Assembly (NCBI GenBank): GCA_951804945.1
Contig: OX638166.1
Location: 38,750,001-38,814,000 of the forward strand
DNA length: 64,000 bases
Direction: 5' to 3'
From: Podarcis cretensis
Lineage: Eukaryota
Both the position numbers and the translations under genes were made by a program. The notes beneath the pieces were generated by a model. That model worked only from the letters and a program-made list of their open reading frames with translations, was not told where the DNA came from and did not search any database. Below, in pieces: positions 12,601 through 24,600 of this stretch (positions are counted from its first letter, which is position 1; each line of letters opens with the position of its first letter).

Positions 12601-15600
12601 AACCCACCTCTGATCCTGCAGAGGTGAGACTTGAGGGAGTGGAGGAGTATCACATTTTGCCAAAAGCTGTAGAATACAGAACAGTGAATTGTTCTGGCAG
12701 TTTGGTTTGCCCCAGTGTTCCCCATAATCTTGTTCTGAGAACTGGGGGACTCTTTTAGAAGTCACTGCATCTCTGTGTAGGAAAACAAGTGTTCCCTTTA
12801 TGTCTTCTTTAGGTTGTTGGGCCCTTCAGCAGCTGCAGATATTCTTCAGCTAAGCAGTAGCCTCCCGCTACAAAGCAGAGGTCGAGCTCGCCTTCTAGTA
12901 GGCAACGACGACGTGCACATAATCGCTCGCTCAGATGATGAGTTGCTGGATGACTTCTTCCATGACCAGAGCACAGCCACCAGCCAGGCAGGCAAGTCCT
13001 TAAGACTGTTTACTAGATTTGTAGGTAAAATCAAAAGGACTAATAGATTGAAACTCTACAGTGGGAATGGCTGACCCTTTTGGGGCCACATCGACCCTAT
13101 GGTCAGCCCTCAGGAAGCCAAAGTGTAAATATAGGTGCAATGAGAACTAAAGTTCTCAAGGCTATCTTCCAAAGCAGGACTTTTTGGGAGTGGTTGGTCA
13201 GTAACACTTTTTTGAAATTTCAATTTTTCTTTTTAAAAAAAATCAAATGGAAAAAATTGAGGGATGCTTAGAAGACTGCAAAAGAACCTTTTGTGAATTA
13301 GCAGTCAGGTGCCTACAACATTTTTATACCATTGTGCATCAATTCAAACATCTTTATCAATGGAGTCAGTTCACATTTTCAGCTGTTAGGCAGATGTGGA
13401 GAATGGCTGGCCAACGGCACAGCTGTGGGTCTTGAGGGAGTTGGTGAGCTGTTGTATGGATTGGCTTATCAGTAATATGTCCTCCACTTTTCCTTCTATA
13501 GGAACCTTGTCAAGCATCCCTACTGCCCTGACACGCTGGACAGAAGAATGCAAAGTACTAGATGCAGAAAGCATGCATGACTGTGTGTCAGGTGAGCTAA
13601 CAAGTAACTTACCTTGCTTCAGCCAATGCAGGCCCTTCTCTGTTTGGCTCTATTTAATCTGGTGCTTTTTCTCCATCCAGTGGTCAAAGTTCCCATTATC
13701 AACCACCTGGAGGCATTGAGAGATGAGGAACTAGAGGAGCGTAGAGAGAAGAGGCGCAAACAGCTGGCTGAGGAGGAGGCCAAAGTTGCAGACAAGGCCA
13801 AGGAGGCAGAAGACAAAGAGCAAAATGCCCAGGTTAGAAGCCCAACTTGAACATCTGTGACCTTTTTTAAAAGCTTGTTAAATGGCAAACTTTCAGCAGG
13901 ACTGATTTCATCTGGTATGGTTTTCATTAAGGAAGCTGCATTGTGACTAGGGTGTGGGGACAGGACTAAGAGTTGTATTCATTGTAGCACTAAAGCAATT
14001 GTTAAATTAGCGCAAGGCTTTCTGCTTGCACAATGGAACACTCTCCTCCTGTGCATCCCTAAATCTGTTCTAGGGGTGTTTCCCCAAATCCTCCGGAGAA
14101 GTTTCAGGGAGGGCATGGGCTGCAAGCAGGGAACGTGGTAATGCTTGCAACTAGTAGGGCGAATCAGTTGAATATCACCTTGAATATATGCAACAGGGTT
14201 GTAAATGAGAAGCAGAGTACCTATAATTTGGAATGAAAATGCCAGCAGACGTGTTTAGGTCTTGGTAGCTTGATAAGACAGCAAATCTGTTCTGCTCCAG
14301 AGCAAAGATGTGAACTGTTTTTTGGTAAACTTTAAATTGTGGCAAGTGGGCCACCTTAAAATAAAGTTGGGGATGTTCATTCACTTAGGTATATAAGGGA
14401 AAACACAAAATAGAAACCCCTGCTGTCATTTCAGTATATAATTCCACATGTCTGTGTGCTCTTTTGCACATGGCAGACAGAGATGAAATCAGAGAATAAA
14501 CCTCTGTTCCTTTCTTTCCCATCAGGAAGGCAAGCAGAAACTCAGACACTACACTGAGAGCTGATCTTTCTTAGTACAGTCTTGGGTTACAGACACTCCA
14601 GGTTGCGCATTTTCGGGTCGCGCACTGCACCAAACCCAAAAGTACCAGAACAGGTTACTTCCGGGTTTTGGCGCTCATGCATGCACAGAAGCACCAAATC
14701 GCGACCCGCGCAGACGCGGCGCTGCATGTTGCGAATGCTGCGGGTTGTGAACGTCCCTTCCACATGGATCACATTCACAACATGAGCATCCACTGTAGCT
14801 CTTTGTAAGAAGGAAAGTCATCACATTCCTTTCCTAGAGCCAGGTCTTACACCTGTTCTTTTTAAAAACAGCCCACCCCCACACTGTTACAGGAACAAAA
14901 GAAACTCTGTTATCAAGAATAGAGACACCAGCAGTAAGTGGAATATGGTAACAGTCATACCTATAATAGTTAGCAGACACAGGGATGGACACACTTTAAT
15001 GTGTTTCTTCATATCTCTGCCTGTCAATGCTATGAGGATATTGTCATGAAGTTTGCTCATTGATATAATTCTATTGGATTGGTATCTTTAGCCATTGTTC
15101 CAAACATTTGCAGAAGAGAAAGTGGTCATTCTCTTACTCTTTCAATAAAGAATTTAGCTGTTAAATCTCAACTAAGGAGAAGGACATCTAAGACAGTTTA
15201 GCAAGATTGTTTTTGGATCTGAGGGAATAGAATATCTTGACATTTTTCTGTATATAATCTATAAAAGCCGGATATCTTTGTCAACCAATTACAGAAAGGA
15301 AAACTTATCAACACATTTTCCAGCAGTATTTAGAATGCTTGCTTCTATGTAGAAGAGAACATTTTGATAGATGTGCCTCACTGGACTAGATGAAAATCGG
15401 GCAGAGCTGTTGTAGCAAAAGGCATTCAGGTTACGTACCGTCCTCCTTACGAACACTTCGTGTAACGAGCTCCGCTAACCCGGAAGTAGGTCTCCTGGTA
15501 GCAAACTTTGCCCCAGGATGCAAGCAGAAGTCGCTCACTGGTGGCGTGGTGGCAGTGGGAGGGCCCATTCGCAAAAGTGTGCCTCAGGTTAAGAACGGAC

Positions 15601-18600
15601 CTCCGGAATGAATTAAGTTTGTAACCAGAGGTACCACTGTAGAGAGAAGGTAGAGCTGTGACCTGAAGCTTCTGCCTCCTTTCCTTGTCCTGGGTGTCAG
15701 AAGCTACATAGGCAGTTTCCTGCCCAGATGAGTTTTAATCAGATGAATCTTCACCTACTTTTTTTTCCCCCTCTGCAGGGAGCCTTACCCCAGTCAAACA
15801 GCTCTGCTGAGCAGAACCTTCCAGGTAATTTGTTCCCTTACTCTATGTCTGTATGGTGTCTTCTTCCCTCAGCTCAGCTGAAGCAGATGCTGTTCCTGGG
15901 CCCCCTGGGATGAGGTAGTAGATTGTATAGTTTTAGGGTCACACCCGGTCTTGGAGATAACTATACAATCTACTGTCTTTCCTATGAGGACTCGCAACTC
16001 GCCGTGCCAGCACTGAAGAAGAGAGAAGCCACTGAGAAACCACGCCTAGCTCAGGAGGAAAGAACATGGGCTCAAGAACGAAATGTGGAATCAAAGCCCC
16101 TGAGTTCCTTGGTTCCATCCCTAGATGTGGACAGAAATTTGGGGATGGGGGTTATAGTGGGATAGTTTGTCATTAGATCTTGTAGGTAGGATTCCCTGGA
16201 TCTTGCTGTGGCTTGGGGAGAGGATCGTCTACATGAGTGTTCTCCTCAGATCTATGTGAAAGGATTTTGCAGGATTTTTAAAAAACTAGCTGTTCAGATA
16301 GGGGAAGAACCAGTTGCCTGACGCTGAGGCTTTGTGACGTTGCTCCTGCTGGGGTGAGGTAGTAAGTTGTATTGTTGTGGGGTAGGGATTTGTGCCCCAA
16401 ATCAGAGATAACTATACAACTTACTACTTTCCCTGGGAGGAGTGAAGTACCCAGGACTGGGGTGGGTGTTTGATGTGCCCAGCTTTTGAACTAACCTTGA
16501 GGGTGCAGGGTGAAGCCAATTCCCTGCTTGAAATCCTGCTGCTGCTCAGTGGCCTGGGTTTTAAGACAGCCTCCCTCCCTCTCTTGGCTCCCAGATGGTG
16601 CTGCCCATCCTGATGGCTATCCCGCAGTCCCAGCTGCAGCTGAAGACACCTCTGCTGGCCCCAAGCAGACTCTGGTCACGCTGGAGAGCCCCCAACAGCA
16701 ACAGCAGCAGGTGACAGGGGCAGGCGAGCTTCCTTCAGAGCTGGCGGGGCAGTCCAATGCCCAGGGCTCTGGGCAGTTGTTGATGCCGGTGGAACAGGAG
16801 GACTCAGGCCCTGGGAGGCCAAGCACTGATGCTGAGGCCACACAGATGGAGCTTTCACCTGCTCCCACCATCAGTAAGTGGCCCCAGGCTTCACCCTGCA
16901 GCAGGTGTTACCCCCTTTCTGGCTGTGTGTCACTTGTACGTGCATAAACATACTCTGATTCCTACCATCTTCCACATGTTCAGGAGAAGGCAGCAATAGT
17001 TTTAAAGTGCATATATTTTCATCAGCCACCTACCTACTCAGTGGCCAGGAGCATCATAACTAGACACCAGAGAGAACATGAACCTGTGGTACCAAACCAT
17101 ATGGGAAACAGCCCTACTAGAGCAGCTAGCCAATAGACTGAAACTGACAGAGGGGCAAATAAAAGAGGACAGCTTCACCCCAGTGTGGCTCCCCTTTATT
17201 GCATACACAGCCCAACAAAACAAGAACCCACCAGCAGCATGCAAATCAATATGGCTAACTTGACCCTAACAACAACTCCACCTCATACACGCAAACAAAA
17301 CTCACTGCAGCCAACTGCCCTGCTCCCAACCTCTCTCGCCACCAATGAAAACTAATAAATGAATAGAAAGAGAACCTGGCCACGTGACGCTGACACGAAA
17401 ACCTTGCACATACGCTCTCCCCACTTCTCTTCTCCCCATGCCATATACTGTCTATAACATAAGTGTCTCGCATCGAGTATAACTGATCTATAGAAAGGGT
17501 CCTATGAATGGAAAGCAGAAATGCTGTATGCACTTTTGTAACCCAAGAAAATCTTTAATAAAAACAATTTTTAAAAAGTGCATATATTTGCAAATTAACT
17601 AACATTTGCAAAGTGAAAGTAAAAGCCTATGCACCCACCTAATGATTTGATCCTAGCTTTCAAAATTTGGCTGGATGTTTGTTTTTTAAGTAGCTTTTTA
17701 TTGAGGTTTAAGCTCAAATTTTGAATCTCTCATTTTTAAAAATAGAAATGCTGTGCTGGATCAGACCTGTCAATTGAAAGTCTTCACAGGCAATTTCTGA
17801 AGCCTGTCACTCTATAGTAGTTGGCAGTGAAGGGTATATCACAGCCAAAACAAGATGTTTCCTTGCTAAATTGGAACCAGAGCCCAGTCGTAATGGGCAG
17901 CAGAATTTGAACCCAGTGTATCAGGTTTTCAGGCAGTGTTTCTATCAATGCTTCTTAGGAAGGGTGTCTAAAAACCAAAAGGGGGTCAATGGGTAGGTTT
18001 CTGCCCTTACCATGTTTTGGGCTGAATCTGATGAAAAGAATTCAGGTTTGTCAGACTTATCTCTCAGTCCTTTCTTTCCTTTCCCACCAGCTTCACTTTC
18101 TCCAGAGAGGGCTGAAGACTCTGATGCCTTGACAGCAGTCAGCAGCCAGCTGGAGGGCTCACCCATGGATACCAGCAGCCTGGCCTCTTGCAACCTCGAA
18201 GAAGGAGTTGGAGAGGCTGGTGGCCCTAGCAATGTGGACCAGGCAGGGGGAGCCACTGTTGTAGCAACGGCAGACACTGCCCAGCAGGGCTCCAATGCAC
18301 AGGCCCTCAGGGAGGGCCAGCCAGATCCTAGCCAGCAGGTGGATGATGGGTAAGGAGCAGCGATGGGGTGCAAGGGGGTGATATGCCAATTTTAGCATTA
18401 GCACTGCACTTGCTAATACTGTCACTTCCTGCTCTTCAGCTCCCCACCTGCCTCATCTTCTGAGAGCTCCTCCACCAGAGATTCGGCGGTGGCCATTTCC
18501 GGTGCTGATTCTCGGGGCATCTTGGAAGAACCCCTTCCTTCTACCAGCAGTGAGGAGGAAGACCCCTTGGCAGGTAAATACTAGAAGAGAACATAAAAAG

Positions 18601-21600
18601 AGGGAGCTATACTAAGTCAATGCCCTTTTTCTTAGTAGGGATAGCAGCTACCTCTAACATGCTTTTTCATAGGGATAAATCTTCCGGAAGGTGTAGACCC
18701 ATCTTTTCTGGCCGCTCTGCCTGATGACATCCGGCGTGAAGTGCTACAGAACCAGTTGGGTATCCGGCCTCCTGCCCGTACGGCCCCGACTACCACAACT
18801 GCTGCTACCCCAGCACCGCCCGTGGTGGGAAACCCTAGTGTGACAGAAGTCAGTCCAGAGTTCCTGGCTGCACTGCCTCCAGCAATCCAAGAGGAGGTAA
18901 GGTGGCACTTTTAGGAACAAGTATAATAGAACTATAAAATCTGAAGGAAACTCATGTAGCCTGTGACCCTGCACTGTACAAAATAAAACTTTCTGAATTT
19001 AGGATTCCTGACCTCTTAATTTAAAAAAAAAGAAGAAATTTTCCATTGCTTGAATTGTATTGTTTAAAACATGTAACATACAAACAAAACATAAAATGGG
19101 AAGTCAAAATAGGAAAGTAGGTGTAAAAACAAATCTACTGGACTGCCAACTACAGGTCACAAGAAAATCTGGGCAATTGCATTTCTCTTCTTTGCACTTA
19201 AGTTATAAATTGCATAAGGACAAGATATGCAAGTTATTTGTGTGGATGTGTTTGGCTCACCTTATTGCATGCATGATCCATAGTTCATTGCCTTGTGGGA
19301 AATTCCACATAAGGGGGATGTAATTCAGTGAAATATGTATTTCTTTGAAATATAGTGAAATTTCCAGGACTAAATTAATAATGACCAAGACTTCACATCC
19401 TAAAAGGGGCTTCTAGCTGTGGAGTTCCACCCGTCATGTGGTCACAGAACCCAGTTTCTGTCCCACCCCCACCCACCCCCCACCTCGGAAAGAGAGATAG
19501 CAATTTGTGGTTGAAGGAGGAGAGTCATTTTAGAGAGATTGGTTGGGTCTTTTTTTTTTTTTTTGCTCTGTTCTTGCTTAACAGTAGAAGTTGTTTTTAT
19601 CTTTCCCCCTCCCATCTCAGGTGCTGGCACAACAACGGGCAGAGCAGCAGCGTCGGGAGCTGGCCCAGAGCACAAGCTCAGACACTCCCATGGACCCTGT
19701 GACTTTCATTCAGACGTTGCCATCAGACCTGCGGCGCAGTGTGTTGGAGGATATGGAGGACAGTGTTTTGGCAGTCATGCCTCCTGACATTGCTGCTGAG
19801 GCACAGGCTCTGCGGCGTGAGCAAGAAGCACGCCAGCGCCAGCTCATGCACGAGCGTCTCTTTGGCCACTCCAGCACCTCTGCCTTGTCTGCCATTTTGC
19901 GTAGCCCAGGTAAAGCACATCTGTTTCTGACATACTACTGTTTTTAGTTCTGTATGTCTCGACTCCTGATCTGATTGCTTTGCTTATTTTCTTTCCCCTA
20001 ACTCAGCCTTCACAAGCCGGCTGAGTGGAAACAGAGGTGTCCAGTATACACGTTTGGCTGTGCAAAGAGGAGGAACCTTCCAGATGGGTGGTAGCAGCAG
20101 CCACAGCAGGTACAAGAGCAGTGTTCAAAACTCCCATAGTTCTAGGCACATTTTGCACAGGGAATTTCATTAGCGCGAGCAGTTTCTGAGCTCTGGCTGC
20201 AGTACTGCACCTAAGATTTCAGATTAAAACTGCAGAGTGGAAGGAAAGGAGGACTTTTTCTGCCTCCTCACTTCCAACTATTCTCTGAAGACTGGAGAAG
20301 AGACCCTCTTAAGAATATATGGGAGGGGCAGGGTAAGGACTAGGCCATGTGAAAAATGAACATAATATTTTAGCTGCAGTTCATTCATTTTCAGCCTTGT
20401 ATTCCTGTTATTTAAAAAAGTGTGCCTAGACATTCTGTTCTTGCACCCATAAGCTAAGTTTAAGGTGCCATTTAGCTCCTAGCTTTCATATCTCAGTTTC
20501 TAACACCGTACTAGACTTATGGGGGAAGGTAGTGCAGTTTCTTTGGAGGGAATAAGCTGAGGGTTAGGATTCCTAGGGAAAAACCAATGTAACTTATTAG
20601 TTAAGTTGGGTATGCTTGGGGAAATTAGAAATATAAAAACTTTCCCAAATTGTATAGTACCTAAGGTTAATCTTAAAGTCTGGAAACCAAGGGTGTTATC
20701 TTGCTTCTTCCAATTATCAATCCTTCCCAATAACCCCTGGTTCTTGCAGGGCTGCCATGGATTCCTTTGGGAGGAAGGGTGGAAAAATGTTTAATCAATA
20801 ATTCTCAGATTGAAAAAACCACTCCCTGCCCCATTGTGTAAGCTGAAAGATGGGCTCAGTGATCACTGGATCAGTTCAGGGATCAACTTGAAAGCAAGTG
20901 GGCAGAGTTGCCAGGCCAGCAGGATGTTCTGGTTTACAGGAACCAGCTGCAAGGCATGTCATGGTAAAAACTGTCTACCCTCACTTAGATGAGACACTGC
21001 TAGGGGAGAGCTGTTCACCTTGGATGCTGCTATGCTTTCAGAGTCCATTGTAGACTGTGCTGATGATATTTGTCTTGTTGTTTCCTAGGCCATCAGGCAG
21101 CAATGTGGACAGCCTGCTCCGCCTGCGTGGACGCCTTCTGTTGGACCATGAGGCCTTGTCCTGCCTGCTGGTACTGCTTTTTGTGGATGAGCCAAAGCTG
21201 AACACTAGCCGGCTACATCGGGTGCTGCGGAACCTTTGCTACCATGCACAGACACGCAGCTGGGTGATTCGGAGCCTGCTCTCTATCCTGCAGCGCAGCA
21301 GTGAGAGTGAACTGTGTGTAGAGACACCTAAGGGGACTGCTGCACCAGACGACAAAGGCAAAAGAGCAGCCAAGGCCTGTGCCCCTGACAGCCGGCCACT
21401 AGACCTTCTGCACAAGATGGAATCCAAAAGCTCAGGGCAGCTTTCTTGGCTCTCCGTCTCTATGGATGCTGCTTTGGGTTGCCGAACCAACATATTCCAG
21501 ATCCAGCGAGCAGGAGGGCGTAAGCACACAGAGAAGCATGCTGCTGCCGGTTCCACTGTTCATATTCACCCCCAGGCTGCTCCTGTGGTCTGCCGCCATG

Positions 21601-24600
21601 TACTTGACACGCTCATCCAACTTGCCAAGGTGAAGACAAGGGCTGTCTAGAGTGGTGCTCTTTTTTATGCGATGGGCATTCTGTCACTCTGATGAAAGTC
21701 TGAAGCTTCTTGATCTGCATAGCTTAAGAGAAAAAGTTAAGGATTTAGATTACAGGGAGGTAACTCTCTAGACTAAATATTAGGGTGAGTTCCAAACTGA
21801 GAGCAAGCAGACAGTTAAGCTCCCTGTAATTGTTGTTGTTATTTAGTAGATTTAGATCCTGTTTGTCCATCAGCATGTTCAAGGTGGCTAACAAAATCGC
21901 CATTGCATAAAAACGCCTAAAACAAAATAAGTGCAAATTTGCAGCAAAAGGTGTAGGGGTCATCATTTAAAAAATTGGAAAGCAGTTATTTTAGTATTTC
22001 TAGGCTGCATTTCTACCCACAGACCTTCAGAACAGCTAACAAAAGTTTTTTAAAAGTTTTGAAATTGGTTCCTCTCTCCACTGCAGTTGCTGCCAGCTAA
22101 TCAGCTGGTCTCTTGCTGTGCAGGGATTAAAGAAAATATGGGCAGGCATTCGTAGCATATTCTGTACCAGGAAACATCCAGTTGTGCTAGAAAGGAGCTA
22201 GACAAGTTAACTTATTGGTTCCTTTGCTGTTCAGAATAAATGAGATTAGTAAATAATAGCCATGGAAACTTCTTCTCCGTGAGCTACTTTGCACATCATG
22301 CTAAACCATTATCAGTGAGACTTGCATTATCAGTGAGAAAGGAGCTGCTGTGAGCCTCTTGCTTATGTATTCCCCCATCTTCCTGCACAGCCAAGAAGAA
22401 CAGCCTTTTCCTCCTAGTCTCTCTCTCTCTCTCTCTCCCCCCCCCCTTGTTGTGTCATCCACACCAGGGATTGTTTATCACAACCTCTGGTTGATTTCAA
22501 AACAAGCTGTTTTGCTTGAACTAACCAGCATTTGGGACAAACAGTAGTCCCTGGTCTGGATGCCCTGACAAGCCAAGATTTAGGGAAACTGGTGTGAGGA
22601 TAAGAACTGTTGGTCCTCCGGATAGTGGAGGAAAGGAAGACAGGGAAGCATGTGAGCCCACGGCTTGCAGCATCTCCCTGCTCATGTGTGACTTGCTAAA
22701 TCATGTGAATACAGCATGGGCCCTACTTTTGTTAGCATGAAGCATCCTGAAAACCTGTGAATTTAAAAGTGCAAGTTTTTTTAAAAAAAACAATAATAAT
22801 AATTACATTTTTTTTTAATTTAAAACAATTTAGTATCTTGTCAACAAATGATTCCAGAGCAGTTTTTAATAGCCTTTCCAATTCTTCTGTGATGATGGTT
22901 ATTCAAGAGTGGGTTTCTCCTTACACTTGCCTCAGGGGCAGTGCTAATGTAACTCAGTTTTGTGCTTGGTCCCTCCCCACTTCTAGTTCTGCCAGTTTCA
23001 GGGTAGCAGAACTTTGTCAGAGCTCCACCTCTGTTGTTGTTGTTGTTTTTCATTGTGATGATATGGTGGGATCAGCATTTGTAAATTTGGGAAGTTTTTC
23101 TGACCCATGGAACAGGGAAGATGCTTCTGATTATCTGCTGTATGCCCCATGAAGCAAAGGACCAGAACTGGCGACAAAGAGGAGCATAGCTCTCAACTTC
23201 TTTCTGGCAAAGGGTGGCAGCTTGTTTCCCAGGCAAGGTTCATCCTCCTTTGGTTGGCAGAGGGGCCAACACCTCCTATATGAAGACTAATACCTTGTTA
23301 CTGTCTTTTTAGCTCTGAATATGCTCATTAATATAGCTGTTAATAGTTCTGTCTTGCAGCAACCCTGGGGAATAAGTAATTACTTGGGTCCTGAGGTTAT
23401 GTGCATGAGTTGCCCCAAACCATCCAGTGAGTCTCTCGCCTGTACCTGGAGTTAGGGCAAACATACATGGGGAGAGAAGTGAACTTGGTGCTCTGTAGAT
23501 TGTTGCCACTCAGCCAAATGCTGACTGGGACCTGAGGAGACTGGCACACACGTGCTGCTGTGCATGGTCCCCTTTCTCACTCCCTGCTAATTTGAAGGAA
23601 GCTATAGAGATTCCAAATACTGGCTTTGGCGAAAAACTGTTGCTGGAGGCCTGTGTTAATGCTGCCTCAAAGGCATAGTTGTACTATTTATGGACCACAA
23701 GGTAGATATTCCATGTGGGACACCTTCCAATTACAGAGTGGAGACTGTCTTCCTGGAGCAAGGCTCTAGGGGTCGTTGCTCTGTGATTTAAGCTTATTCT
23801 CCCAGGACATAACTGCTGCTGAACAATTTGTTCTTTGCTGCGACTGGCAGTGCGGTATATATCTATGTATTCTAGGCATTTTCTAGAGAGCATCTACTTG
23901 GAACTGTTCAGGTTTATCTAGAGCCAGGTGTGCCAGTAGACTTGGAAGGTGAGGGGTGTATGGTTGGGGTTTTTTTAGGGATGCTGGTTGGAGAGGGTGC
24001 TGTTGTTGAACCTTGATTCGGTGGGCAGAGTGATAAATAATCCTATAGAACTGGAAGCCACATTTTTCAGTGAGGGATTCCAGAACATGATTTCACTTGC
24101 TTCTCTCCTCCATGCCCCCTTCCAGGTGTTCCCCAGCCACTTCACACAGCAGCGGACCAAAGAGACCACCTGTGAAAGTGAACGGGAGAGGGGCACCAAG
24201 CAATCGGGCAGCCCATGCCCAGGTCAAATGGGCACCAGTGGCATCTCCACTGACTTCTGGGACTTGTTGGTCAAACTGGATAATATGAACGTAAGCCGCA
24301 AGGGCAAGAACTCCATCAAATCTGTGCCTGTGAGTGCTGGCTCTGAGGGAGAGAGCTCTCCCTACAGTCTAGAAGCCTCTCCTCTGGGTCAGCTCATGAA
24401 CATGCTGTCCCATCCAGTGATCAGACGGAGCTCCCTGCTGACAGAGAAGCTGCTGCGCCTGCTGTCACTCATCTCCATTGCTCTGCCTGAGAACAAGAAC
24501 ACGGCTGAGGGGGTAGCCAACCATGCTGCTGCTGCTGCTACTACTACTACTGCAACTACCACCCCAGCACCTGCTCCCGCCCCTGCCCTGGCTGCTGCCG

